From positions 64,001 to 128,000 of the forward strand of contig CAWGMQ010000003.1 of the NCBI GenBank assembly GCA_963823665.1: a stretch of 64,000 nt of DNA, written 5' to 3'. The DNA comes from an uncultured Planctomycetota bacterium (GTDB taxonomy: Bacteria; Planctomycetota; Planctomycetia; Isosphaerales; Isosphaeraceae). Each line of letters starts with the position of its first letter. Within the stretch, counting starts at the first letter, position 1. Made by a program: the position numbers and the translations under genes. Positions 52,466 to 62,993 of this stretch are shown piece by piece. The notes beneath the pieces were generated by a model. The model ran no database searches. It worked only from the letters and a program-made list of their open reading frames with translations, and had not been told where the DNA came from.

Positions 52466-54300
52466 CGCTTCAAACTCGAATGCTTCCCATCAGTCCGATG
52501 GTTTCGCTTGCGTTTGCTGTTTATTCCAGCAGGGGCGTTTTCGCCGTGCTCCTGGGCTCAGGAGCGTCAACGGCCTCGGGTATCCCGACGGGATGGGAAA
52601 TCCTCATCGACCTCATCAGGAAGCTGGCGGAAGTCCAGGGCAAATCTTGCGGCGACGCCCCAGACAAATGGTATGAAGCCGAGTACGGCGTATCTCCAAA
52701 TTACTCCGACTTGATCAAGGCACTTTCCAAGACTCCTGCGGAAAGCGGTCTCCTGCTTCGAAGCTATTTCGAGCCAACCTACGAGGATCGCGAGCAGGGC
52801 AAGAAAGTGCCCAGCCCGGCGCACAAGGCAGTGGCCCAGCTCGTCGCACGCGGATATGTGCGCCTGATTGTGACGACGAACTTCGACCGATTGATGGAAC
52901 AAGCTCTGGAATCGGCTGGCATTGTCCCGACAATCATCTCCTCGCCCGACGCGATTCAAGGTGCGATTCCGCTTGCCCATTCGCGTTGCACAATCGTCAA
53001 GGTGCATGGTGACTACCTGGACACGCGCCTCAAGAACACGCGTGACGAACTCGAGACCTACGACGAGCGAACGGATCGATTCCTGGATCGAATCTTCGAC
53101 GAGTACGGCTTGATCGTCTGCGGCTGGTCCGCTGAGTGGGACACCGCATTGAGAAAGGCGGTCGCTCGAAGCCCGAATCGGCGTTTCACGACCTACTGGT
53201 CGTGCTTCGCCGCGATGACTCAGCCTGCGCTCGACCTTTGCACGTTGCGACAGGCGGAAGTGATCCACGGCCATGACGCCGATTCGTTCTTTGGCCTCTT
53301 GTCCGACGGTGTGAGGTCGTTGGCCAATCTCGCCGCTGAGCATCCGCTCACAACACCGGTCGCGGTCGCCACTCTCAAGCGATACGTTGCCGAGGCTCGG
53401 CACCGGGTCCGCCTGGAGGAATTCGTGCTGAAGGAGGTAGAGACGGCCAAGCAGCGCATCTTGAGCTGCATGAGAGGGCTCGACGTTGACCCGCAGAACA
53501 CCGACCGAGCGCCGGTACTATCTCATCTGGAGGCTTGTTCAGATCGATTGCTACGGCTCCTCATCGCGGGCGCGTACTGGGGAGTCGCGGCGCAACGAAG
53601 GCTGTGGATTGGTGCGATTGAACGAGTTTCCCGAACTATGTGCGAGCCGCCGGATTCGGCGCCCCAAAACAGCTTGAATCTCTACCCTGCAATGCTGATG
53701 TTCTACGGATGCGGGCTTGCGGCCATGCTCGGCGGAAGAAATGCTACACTTGCCCTGTTATTGACGCACAACGGCTTCCGCTCTCATCATGTGCTCATGC
53801 CGTTTCCTGTCTTTTTCTATAACACGCATCTAGGCAGCCCAATCGGTGCGTTCGCCCATGGGCTTTCAGATTCGGTAGGTTCCAGCCCCAGTCCCCGTCT
53901 CTGGCTTAGCACCCGGCTCGCCAAGGTGCTTCGCGAGCCACTCAGTTCGTTCCTACCAACCGACGACCAGTTCAGGATGCAGTTCGCTCGCTTTGAGTAT
54001 TTACTCGCACTTGCCTTTCTTGATTGGTCTCATGTCAATGATACGACTCGTATGCCAGCGATCAGCAATTGGGTGCCTCCCGGTACCTTCGAGAAGGAGC
54101 CTCTTGCGATAAGAGAGCTGAAGCTCGAGATACAGTCGAAGGGCGCCAAGTGGGCATTGCTTAAAGCCGGGCTTTGCGACGGATTGATGCACGTGCTTGG
54201 TCAACGGATCGATCAGCTCGACGCGATCATTCAATCGGCACGAAGGAACGCCGAATCGAATGCGATCTCAACGAGGACAGGCATGGAGGCGCATACATGA
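52462..54300 (+). CDS. SIR2 family (SIR2_2) protein
   Basis: LLGSGAS...GIPTGW, TTNFD, KVHGDY, VCGWS..WD; start may be the ATG at 52480. Confidence 0.9.
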   Translation: MTLQTRMLPISPMVSLAFAVYSSRGVFAVLLGSGASTASGIPTGWEILIDLIRKLAEVQGKSCGDAPDKWYEAEYGVSPNYSDLIKALSKTPAESGLLLRSYFEPTYEDREQGKKVPSPAHKAVAQLVARGYVRLIVTTNFDRLMEQALESAGIVPTIISSPDAIQGAIPLAHSRCTIVKVHGDYLDTRLKNTRDELETYDERTDRFLDRIFDEYGLIVCGWSAEWDTALRKAVARSPNRRFTTYWSCFAAMTQPALDLCTLRQAEVIHGHDADSFFGLLSDGVRSLANLAAEHPLTTPVAVATLKRYVAEARHRVRLEEFVLKEVETAKQRILSCMRGLDVDPQNTDRAPVLSHLEACSDRLLRLLIAGAYWGVAAQRRLWIGAIERVSRTMCEPPDSAPQNSLNLYPAMLMFYGCGLAAMLGGRNATLALLLTHNGFRSHHVLMPFPVFFYNTHLGSPIGAFAHGLSDSVGSSPSPRLWLSTRLAKVLREPLSSFLPTDDQFRMQFARFEYLLALAFLDWSHVNDTTRMPAISNWVPPGTFEKEPLAIRELKLEIQSKGAKWALLKAGLCDGLMHVLGQRIDQLDAIIQSARRNAESNAISTRTGMEAHT

Positions 54301-54328
54301 GTGATAATGCCATCGCCGAGAATGAATT

Positions 54329-56558
54329 TCAATTAGTTGGCGGCTCGGAATCGAGATCGTCATCCACCAGAACATTGCCGAGCTTCCTCACTTCGTTTCT
54401 CGCGGCAGCATTCAAGTGGCGCATCTCGATCTTGCCGCGTTCCGCTGATGCCGCGAAAGCGGCGCCTAGAACGATACGTTTGATGCTTCCTCCATTCAGC
54501 CGGAACTTGCGCGAGCAACTCTAGATCGAGATCCGTGCTCTTCGGGGCATCAGTCGGGAGAGCCGTTTGCCAGATCAGCAGTCGCTCGTCCGCTGTCGGC
54601 TCGTGGAAGTTGACGACAAACTGAGTCGTCTGCAAGAACGCCTGATCGAGCCTGCTGTCGAAATCTGTCGCCAGGATCACCAAGCCATCGTAAGCCTCGG
54701 TGCATTGCAGCAGCGAAGCAGTCTCGAGATTGGCGTGTCGGTCACGGGAGTCCTTCACGTCGGACCGCTTTCCGAAAAGAGCATCGGCACCGTCAAAATA
54801 GAGGATTGCGTCGGATGTGTCGACCTCCTGGAAGATGGTCTCGAAGCGCTTTTGAGTGTCAGCGGTGTGTTCTCCCAGGACTGCGGCGATATCGACTCGA
54901 TAGAGGTCTAAGCCGAGGTGATTTGCCAGAATTTGGGCGGCCAGCTTCTTACCCGAGCCCGGTGACCCCACGAACAGCGCCATCACGTTTCTGCTGCCAG
55001 CGCCTTCTCGCGAAAACCCCCACGAACTGTAGACTGTGTGTCTTTCGGAAAGCGTTTCACAAATTGCCCACAAAGTCGCCCTCTGGGCGTGCGAAAGCAC
55101 CATGTCTCTCCACGTATAGTTCGAATTGAGTTTTGTCGTGATTGATCCCACGTTTTGACTGCCGTGTACTCGGCATGCAGAGAGAAGATCGTGGCCGCTC
55201 AACCAATTGCTCTCGTCTCCCCGCAGACTCGCGAGTATGGCCGCTTGAGCCAGGACATCGCGAATTTGACCATCGCCAAAATTGAAGCGACCGGCAAGAG
55301 TCTCAAGGACATGTTTTTCTACCATCGCTCCCGATTGTGCTGCGGCCGCTCGCCAGTCCCGGAGACGCTCGTCGAAATCAGGTTTCGGTAACGCAAGACT
55401 AACGAACGCTCGTCCTCCCAAACTCGTTCCGGGTTCCCAGTGCTGCTCCGCAAGGAGAAAGGTGACGACGCTTCCGCCAGCGAGGCCATCGACGAAGTCG
55501 ATCGAGGCTGCTTCGTCCCCTGGACGAGGATTCAGGAACCGGTCCACGTTGAACCAGCATGGCACCGTCCCAATCAGCCACGCGTTCCGCTCAGCGAGGC
55601 GCATTCCGGCGCGCACACCGCTGACATTTCTTCGCAAGGCCCCGGCGTTGAGAAACTTGATCGGCACGTCCAGAGCGCTTGCGAATCGTCGCGCAAAGGC
55701 GTGTTTTTTTGCGCCGTGCCCACCGCGGATGAGCAGAACCGGCTCCCTTCCGTTTCGAGCTAGAGTTGTCGCTCGCAACCATCGCGCCATATTCTCACGC
55801 TGATGAGAAACCGTCGCCGTGTCTTCATGTTCAAACACATCGACCGAAAACGGCAACAGCTTGGGGTCATCGACCTCCAATCCCATTAGAAAGCCCGCAA
55901 TCCAATCGTCCAGCTTCAAAAATCGAGAAAGGATCACTTGCTGCGATGTCGCAGTGTCTTCCGGCATCGTCACCAGCTCCCATTGCATCAGACGAGAGCC
56001 GGCGTGCAAGGACCGTCGCGCCTCGAGCCGCATTTCCTCAGTTGAGCAAAGAAGGCGCAAAACGAGGTCCACAGTCGGGCGTTTCTTCGTGATGTCGTCG
56101 TGAAGGTACGCGAAAAGCTGCTCGTACCTCAGGTCGACCTCAATCGAGAGACAGACCACGAGCACATCCAACTCGAAGGAAGAGAGGCCGAATGCGCGGC
56201 GCATCCGCTCGAAAGGAGAATCCGCGCCTTCCGTGCGACACTGCGTCTCTTCCTGCGCGATCCAAACTTCAAGTTCCCGTATCCGGTCATCAATCGATTC
56301 AATCCCGGCATCGCTTTCTCCCACGCACTCTCCCGTCACGAGCGGATTCGTTACGCTGGCTACCGGAGCGACGTGGCGATCGAGTAGTCGATCGACCTTC
56401 GCGTCCGAGATAAACAATCCAGCAAACCCTTCGCCTTCAGAAACCCGGTTCCCACGGCGGAACCTCACCACTTCCTTGCGGATCAAGAGATCGAGCCTGG
56501 TCAGTCTACGAGACAAGATTTGTGACCATCTGGCTGAGCTGCTATTGTTGGCTGCCAC
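54329..56558 (-). CDS. Afp15/Pvc15-like (eCIS-type) AAA+ protein with degenerate catalytic motifs; frameshift ~54510
   Basis: YEQLFAYLHDD...RPTV, WRDMVL, LDLYRVD, DALFGKRS.VKDS.DR.AN.E...LLQ; the shifted frame ends KFRLNGGSIKRIV..AAF.A...KLG...PPTN*. Confidence 0.8.
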
Positions 56559-56869
56559 AATTGAAACCTATCTGCGTTACGCCGATAACGCGAGGCCCGC
56601 AAATTGTAATGGATACCAGACTGCCGCATCGAGCCTCGAGTACAACCACGAGTCTCTAGCTGCCGAGCGCGGAACCGCAATCCATTGATCGAGCGCCTTA
56701 CCAATAAACGGCTCCCGCACGGCCGCGAACACCGGATGAACCCAACCGCCGGCCAGCGGCAGACTCAGAGTCAGCGCGCGCATGAAAACCGCCGCCTGAC
56801 GGTATGGTCCATCATGTCACCATACCGCCCCGAAATGTGGACGTTCAACGGCGCTCGAGTATTCTGCAC

Positions 56870-57898
56870 TCAGGCCGCATCGCCCGAAACCTTCGCTGCA
56901 TCACTCCTGACCGGAATCGGATCAGCCCATACCGTCGCACCCGCATTCGTCTCGACCGGCATTCCCAGCAGACGCTTCACCGTGCGCGCCGTCTTCGGGA
57001 ATCGCAGTGAAGTCGTCCGCACCAGGAAGTTGATGTAGCCGACGATCACATCGAGTTCCCCTTGAATCGATGCGCAGCCCGTTCGTCGAGAGATCCCACT
57101 TGAGTGAAGGTCTTCCTTCAAGCGAATACGCGTGCATCTCAAGCCACCGACCGCAAAGCCTGTGCAAGATCGCAAGCTGCCGCGGCGTCGCCAGGGTGCG
57201 CCACGACGCCGCTCCTTTGCCTCGCATGTGATTCCAGTGCAACAGCGACGACGGATCGCAAATTTGAACATTGCCGCCGCTATCCAGATCGACTCCGGCC
57301 TGCTCGAGCCGCTGCTTGAGAGCCTCCGTCCGCGCCCGGTTCGACTCCTGCGAATAGAGCGCGGCGATCCGCTCGGCTTCGCCCGCCTCCAGCCGAAATC
57401 CCAGATGCGAGGCCAGCTCTGTCACCCCGCGGCAGGCTCTCCGATCAAGTCGTCGTATCGCTGCACGAGCACATTCGGCTGACCCATCCAGAAGCGGTCG
57501 TTCGCCAGGATCTGGTGGATCATCCCCTGGCGAAGGAGCTCCTCGAAGGTTTTCCCCCTCTTGTGCATGAGCGAGAATACAACGTCGCGCACGTCGCGAA
57601 AAGCATAGAGAGCGCACGCTCTGCCAGCCTTCAGCTCGCGGGCCATTGCACGCTCGCCTTCGTGCGCCTTGATCACACGGAACCCGCGCCGTTCGCCGGA
57701 AAGAACGACCGAGCTTCCCGCGTCCCGGGCCAGGAGAGCCGTGTACGCACCGCTGAGCAAATATCCCAGTCGCAGGCCGCCGCCATGCTCTTCCACCAGA
57801 TGCGCAGCAACCTCGTATTGCCACGTCGAGCAGGCGCGGTACATGCCCGCGCAGATCACATCGGACGCCGATCTGTTCACAGTCGCTCGCAAGCGCAT
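56870..57898 (-). CDS. Sulfotransferase-domain protein; frameshifts ~57435 and ~57070
   Basis: GMYRACSTW (5'-PSB-like), KAH, RDVRDVVFS (3'-PB-like), RYDDL. Confidence 0.75.
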
Positions 57899-58022
57899 GG
57901 TTCCTTCCCTGGTCCCCAAAATAAGCGCGCGCCGCACCCCCGGCGGCAATCCCAGGCGCCTTTTTATCTCGATTCGCCTTTCGCTGCCAGGCGGGATTCA
58001 CCCCGCGCAAACCGCGCCCCGA

Positions 58023-58283
58023 TCAATCTGGGTCGTCGTCCAATCGCATCTTCTTATTGCGTAACGGCTTATTGGAATACACGATGAACACCCCGGCCAA
58101 CCAGACGATCAGGCCGAAGACGACAGCCAACCAGGCGACCGGGATTGGGCCCACGCCCCCGATCGAGATGACCAGGGGCGTCTCACTGTGATTGGCCTGA
58201 TAGACGCCCCAGACTCCGAGCATCTCGATCAGCATGCCGACCATTCGGATGATGTGCCCGGTCGTCTTGTTCATGATTTTCAA
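58023..58283 (-). CDS. Small 2-TM membrane protein
   Basis: Two hydrophobic helices; adjoins the upstream oxidoreductase. Confidence 0.65.
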   Translation of the reverse strand: MKIMNKTTGHIIRMVGMLIEMLGVWGVYQANHSETPLVISIGGVGPIPVAWLAVVFGLIVWLAGVFIVYSNKPLRNKKMRLDDDPD

Positions 58284-59635
58284 ACTTGCGGAAGCTCGTA
58301 GCCCTTGCGCGGCTCGCGCGAGAGCAGTGCATCAGCAGCCGGGTCATTCTTGAAGCGCTCGGTCTCCGTGTCCCATTCGAGCTTGCGGCCCAGCTTGTAG
58401 GAGATATTTCCAAGATGGCAAGTGTTCGTCGAGTGGTGGGCGATCTCGATATCGCAGGTCGGCAGCGCCCGCGACTTCACGCAGTCGAGGAAGTTGCGCA
58501 CGTGCGGGTCCTGGCCGTCGACGCCTTTGACTTTGCTACCTTCCAGGTCGATCTTGCGTATTGAGCGGTCGCCGAGCGCGAGCTTGATTCCGTAGGGCAA
58601 GACGACCTTGTCCGGGATCACCTCGAATCCACTCCGATCGAGCATAAGGCTGCCGTCGGTGCCGCAAAACAGGATGCCGTAATCGTGGCCGTTGAGCTTC
58701 AGGCCGTTCCCCTTGTGCATCGAGTAGGTCAGCGTGCAACCAGGGAATTCGTAGATGACCTGCATGGTGTCGGGCGTGTCGCGGTCGTCATCGGTCGTGA
58801 AGATGCCGCCGGACGTGTAAACCGACTTTGGACCTTTGGCGCCCAGCGCCCAGACCACGATGTCGTTCAAATGCACGCCCCAGTCGCTCATCATCCCGCC
58901 CGCGTAGTCGAAGTACCAGCGGAACAGCAGGTGGAAGCGAGTCGGGTTGAACGGCTTGAGCGGAGCAGGCCCGAGCCAGCGGTCGTAGTCAACGGATGAA
59001 GGCGCTGCGGTGTCGGGAATCTTGCCCATCCCGACGGGGCTGATGTTCTCGTAGTTCCAGGTCTGGACCCAAAAGATCTTGCCGAGCTTGCCCGAGCGAA
59101 CAATCTCCACAGCCTGCTGGAAGTGCGATGACGAGCGCTGCTGGGTGCCCACAGCCATGATCTTGCCCGTCTTGCGTGCCGCCTTCAACATGGCCTGGCC
59201 CTCGGCGACGTTGTGGGCAACCGGTTTCTCGACGTAAACATCCTTGCCCGCGAGCACCGCCTGAATGGCGGGCAGGGCATGCCAGTGGTCCGGCGTGGCG
59301 ATGATCACACCGTCCAGGTCCTTGCGGTCGAGCATCGGGCGATAGTCGCGGGCGCCCTGGGGCGTGTTGCCCTTCTCTTTCTTGATGCGTTCAACCGTCT
59401 CATCGGTGTGTTTGTCATCGACGTCGGCAATCGCAATGATCTCGATGTCGGCCTGCTTGAGGAATGAATCCAGAAGCTGATTTCCCCGGCTCCCCGCCCC
59501 GATCAAGCCCAGGCGGATCTTCTCGTTCGCCCCGGTCGCGCGGGCGATCGCGGGCGAGGAAAGCAGCGAGGCCGCCCCCGCTGTAAAACCGACTGTTTCC
59601 ACGAAGCCGCGCCGCGTGACCCGATCGGTGTTCAT
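58280..59635 (-). CDS. Gfo/Idh/MocA family oxidoreductase, Tat signal
   Basis: TRRGF, IGAGSRG, ATPDHWH, YVEKP, GTQQRS, DWGVH. Confidence 0.95.
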   Translation of the reverse strand: MNTDRVTRRGFVETVGFTAGAASLLSSPAIARATGANEKIRLGLIGAGSRGNQLLDSFLKQADIEIIAIADVDDKHTDETVERIKKEKGNTPQGARDYRPMLDRKDLDGVIIATPDHWHALPAIQAVLAGKDVYVEKPVAHNVAEGQAMLKAARKTGKIMAVGTQQRSSSHFQQAVEIVRSGKLGKIFWVQTWNYENISPVGMGKIPDTAAPSSVDYDRWLGPAPLKPFNPTRFHLLFRWYFDYAGGMMSDWGVHLNDIVVWALGAKGPKSVYTSGGIFTTDDDRDTPDTMQVIYEFPGCTLTYSMHKGNGLKLNGHDYGILFCGTDGSLMLDRSGFEVIPDKVVLPYGIKLALGDRSIRKIDLEGSKVKGVDGQDPHVRNFLDCVKSRALPTCDIEIAHHSTNTCHLGNISYKLGRKLEWDTETERFKNDPAADALLSREPRKGYELPQV

Positions 59636-59808
59636 GATGTTGACCTCCGGCTCTTGACTCAGGGCATTTTCCGTTCGTCCTTGCCCACCAGGACGGCGAC
59701 CCAACCTGAATCGTAACGGAGCGCACGCGGCGCCGCCAGGGGTCACGCGGCTGATCGCTGGGCCGTACCAATCTGTTGACGGTCAGCCAGGTCGGGGTTA
59801 CGGTGAAC

Positions 59809-59883
59809 GGGTGGCACTGGCTTCGCCGGTGCGCGTGTCGCTGGCCGGGCAATTTCAGGTGACGCTGGCTCGGCCAGTGCTCC
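59809..59883. repeat. GGTG-type REP-like hairpin with a degenerate partner
   Basis: GGGTG-GCACTGGC-TTC-GCCGGTGC, then gctggc-tcg-gccagtgc at ~59864-59880. Confidence 0.6.
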
Positions 59884-59928
59884 AGGTAGCATGCATCCTG
59901 TCTTTGCTATCGCAGATCGAGGTGAGCC

Positions 59929-61056
59929 ATGACGGTCGCGAACGTTGCGCGTGGCGTGGTTGCATCCATCCTCTGGTCCGCGGTGGCCTCGGCTCAGACA
60001 TCGCCGACCGCCGCGCGAATCGAGTCGGTTCCGCTGGAGCTGACGATGCCCGAGCGCTATCAGAACACGGAAGTTCTCGAGCCCATTCGCATGGTCACCT
60101 TGGTCGCGCCCCGAGATGCTCTCGTGCGCTCGATCACTGCGCGTCTGGGCGCGGTGGTGCGCGAATCCGAAGAGATCGCCCAGCTCGACCGCACGGAAGC
60201 CGCGGCACGCCTCAAGATGGCCACGGCCGAGCTCCGCGAGAAACAGGCCCTGTTGAAGGCGAACAAGAATGATTCCGAGGTCTACCGGGCCCAGGTCGAA
60301 GCCGCCGAGGCCCGCGTGGAGCTGGCACAGCTCGATCTCGATCGCTGCACCCTGCGGGCTCCATTCGCGGGCCGCGTGGTTGCGCTGCCGGCATGTGCTG
60401 GTCAATATGTCATGCGCGGGGCAGTCCTCGCCGAGCTGGCCGACGTCTCGAGCCTGAAGGTGATGCAGCCTGTCGACCGCCGCAGTGTCGCCCCGAATTC
60501 GTCCTTCAGCGTTCAAATCGAAGGTCGCGATGTTCCGGCCAAGGTGCAAGCGGTGCTTCCCTTGCCCGAAAGCATGAAAGTCCTGCGCGAGTTGGTCACC
60601 CCCTTGAGTGCCGCCACGCTCATCATCGCCAACTCCAAGGGAGAGCTCGAGCCGGGCCTGCGGGTTCAGAGCCCGACCGTTCCCTCGACTCCGATCGCGA
60701 CGGTCCCGAAACGGGCCGTCAAGTCCGAAGACACGCGTGGCGGCGGCACGAGCATGATGGTGCAGGTCATCCGCGACGATTACGTGACCAATGTCCCGGT
60801 GCGGGTCCTCGGTGAGACGGGCGCCGAGCGCGTGCAGATCGCAGGGGCACTGCGGTCATCCGATTCGCTGATCGCATCCACGTCGGTTCCCCTCCTGGCC
60901 GGAACGCTCGTCCGCTTCGGCGACAACGGCGGCGAGGCCGGAGGCAACCCCCACGCCGGGCGCGGCCGCCTGCAGGCACCCGGGCCCGGCGCAACCCCGG
61001 GCACTCCCGCTTCCCGGCCGGCTGCGCGAACAAATAGCGGATCAACCCCATTCTGA
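59929..61056 (+). CDS. Efflux periplasmic adaptor (HlyD/MFP) family protein
   Basis: G..V.E.EEIAQLD, coiled coil, LRAPFAGRV, GQYV..G..L. Confidence 0.8.
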   Translation: MTVANVARGVVASILWSAVASAQTSPTAARIESVPLELTMPERYQNTEVLEPIRMVTLVAPRDALVRSITARLGAVVRESEEIAQLDRTEAAARLKMATAELREKQALLKANKNDSEVYRAQVEAAEARVELAQLDLDRCTLRAPFAGRVVALPACAGQYVMRGAVLAELADVSSLKVMQPVDRRSVAPNSSFSVQIEGRDVPAKVQAVLPLPESMKVLRELVTPLSAATLIIANSKGELEPGLRVQSPTVPSTPIATVPKRAVKSEDTRGGGTSMMVQVIRDDYVTNVPVRVLGETGAERVQIAGALRSSDSLIASTSVPLLAGTLVRFGDNGGEAGGNPHAGRGRLQAPGPGATPGTPASRPAARTNSGSTPF

Positions 61057-61284
61057 CCCCGCGCGATTCCCACCAATAAGTCATTCCAACACGCGAATCT
61101 CTCAGAAACAACGCGGCCCGGTGCCCGGAAAAAAAAGTTTTAATACTGGGCCGCCGGCCGCCCCGGTCGTATTCTATTCCGAAACAATCACCCGCGCCCG
61201 AGCGACGAGGCGGTGCTCGAATTCCTCGGAGTGCGCAGGAATTGCGCCTGCTCGTAAGCAGGCGCCAGTGGGAGAAGCATCACC

Positions 61285-62325
61285 ATGGTCAATTACATTT
61301 CCGGTCTCGTGTTCGTCGTGCTCGCAATCTTGGGAGTCGTGATCGCCGGGCTCGTGGGCGCCGGCGGCTACGTGGGCCCTGCCGCTATCCTCGGGTTGGT
61401 GTGGCTCTTCATGACGATGTACATCTCGTCAGCCATCCGCCTGGCCGCACAGTGGGAAAAAGCCGTCGTTTTTCGCCTGGGCAAATTCAGCGGCATGAAG
61501 GGCCCCGGGCTCTTCACAATCGTGCCCCTGATCGACCAGCTCAAGATGGTCGACACCCGCGTGCTGACCGCTAACTTTCCCCAGCAGCAGGTCATCACAC
61601 GCGACAACGTTCCGGTCACAATCGACGGCGTCCTCTTCTTCCGCGTCGACAACGCCGCCGAGGCGATCATCACCGTGCAAGATTATCGTTACATGATTAC
61701 CCAGTATGCTCAGACCTCGCTCCGCGACGTCGTCGGCCAGATGACGCTCGACCAGCTCTTGACCGAGCGTGAAGAGATTGCCAAGCTGATCGAGCAGCAT
61801 GTCGAGAAAGACACCAAGGGCTGGGGGCTCGAGGTCACCGGTGTGCGAATTCAGGACATCGACATGCCCGAAGATCTCAAGAAGATGATGTCGCGGCAGG
61901 CCTCGGCCGAGCGCGAAAAACGGGCGACGATCACCAAGGCCGAAGGCGACCGCGATGCAGCCGTCAACCTGGCACTCGCCGCCAAGACCATGGCGGAAAG
62001 CCCGGGTGCCATGCAGCTTCGCACGCTGCAGACGATTGACGGCCTCGGGCCGACAGCATCCAACACCGTCGTCCTTGCCGTGCCAGTCGAAGTCCTCGAG
62101 AACCTTCGTGGCATTGAAGCAATCCTACCAGGGCCGCGGAACGGCTTGATAACGGAACCGAGATCGTCTGAGTACGACGGGCGGGAGCTTGGGGCGCTCG
62201 CAGCATCCAAGCACCGCCCTGGTGTCGATCGCTACGCGCGCCTCCTTCGTTATGGCAAGGCGCTGCCCGAGGGTTTGCCTCTGTCACCAGCCGACCGCGA
62301 ATGGTTGGAGAGCATCGGCCGCTGA
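61285..62325 (+). CDS. SPFH/stomatin (slipin) family protein
   Basis: VVFRLG, GPGL, ITRDNV, AQTSLR.VVG...LD.LL..R, WG..V, QA.AERE.RA, QLR.LQT. Confidence 0.92.
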   Translation: MVNYISGLVFVVLAILGVVIAGLVGAGGYVGPAAILGLVWLFMTMYISSAIRLAAQWEKAVVFRLGKFSGMKGPGLFTIVPLIDQLKMVDTRVLTANFPQQQVITRDNVPVTIDGVLFFRVDNAAEAIITVQDYRYMITQYAQTSLRDVVGQMTLDQLLTEREEIAKLIEQHVEKDTKGWGLEVTGVRIQDIDMPEDLKKMMSRQASAEREKRATITKAEGDRDAAVNLALAAKTMAESPGAMQLRTLQTIDGLGPTASNTVVLAVPVEVLENLRGIEAILPGPRNGLITEPRSSEYDGRELGALAASKHRPGVDRYARLLRYGKALPEGLPLSPADREWLESIGR

Positions 62326-62349
62326 AGCAGGGGGACCAAGAGGGCCAGA

Positions 62350-62993
62350 GGGGCCAGACACCCGCTCTGCTCCGGAATCGACCCGACGGCGCCTTACGAT
62401 GGTCCGACGCCGAAGTCGCACTGCGCTGGCGCAAGCTCTTTCCGCAACATGACGATTCGATTGGACGGGCCGGGAATTGAGGCAGGACAAGCGTGGGGCG
62501 ATCCCTGAAGACCTGGCTCCCATTCTGGACCGGCTGGGCGGGTGTGGATCGATCGAATTGGGTGGACACAGTGCGCGATTTCGGTCGCGTGTTCAAGCAA
62601 GCGGCAGGTCGAGCGAGTTCGCTTCGGCTCGATGCACCGCGTTGCTCACGGCGCTGGTTTCAGGGCAAGGCAGCCGCGCAAGTCGCGTTTCTGTAAGTAA
62701 TCGGCTCGCTCGCTTGCGAGCCCTGGTCGTAGCGGCAGGCGCGGAATTCGATTGGATTCGAAGCCGGCCAGCGTGGTTTCCTTCGCCGGCGCGGCAAGCG
62801 ACGCGTGCAAAACGCCGGCGACGTAGCCGAGCGCACCCAGTTGCCGACCGTGTGTGGCAAAACGCGTGCTGTGCGCGTCGTCGGCCGCGAGGCACCCAGC
62901 GATCGCGGGACGCAAACCGGTGCGAGCCACGTGCGTCTGGCTTTCCCCGGCACCGACTGTCGACTGCAGAAGAGGGTGGGTGTCTGGGTCCCC
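62350..62993 (+). mobile_element. TIR-bounded remnant of a RAYT/TIRYT-like tyrosine transposase element
   Basis: Inverted CCAGACACCC (62354-62363) and GGGTGTCTGG (62978-62987), each with an outer GGGG. Internal fragment DWTGRELRQDKRGAIPEDLAPILDRLG / WVDTVRDFGRVFKQAAGR is only the transposase C-terminus. Confidence 0.7.

Noticed and set aside
54329..56558. An extracellular contractile injection system locus
   Set aside because: Only the ATPase-like gene is present; no structural genes were seen.
62646..62993. C-terminal extension of the recombinase ORF
   Set aside because: Read-through into the antisense strand of the TIR element.
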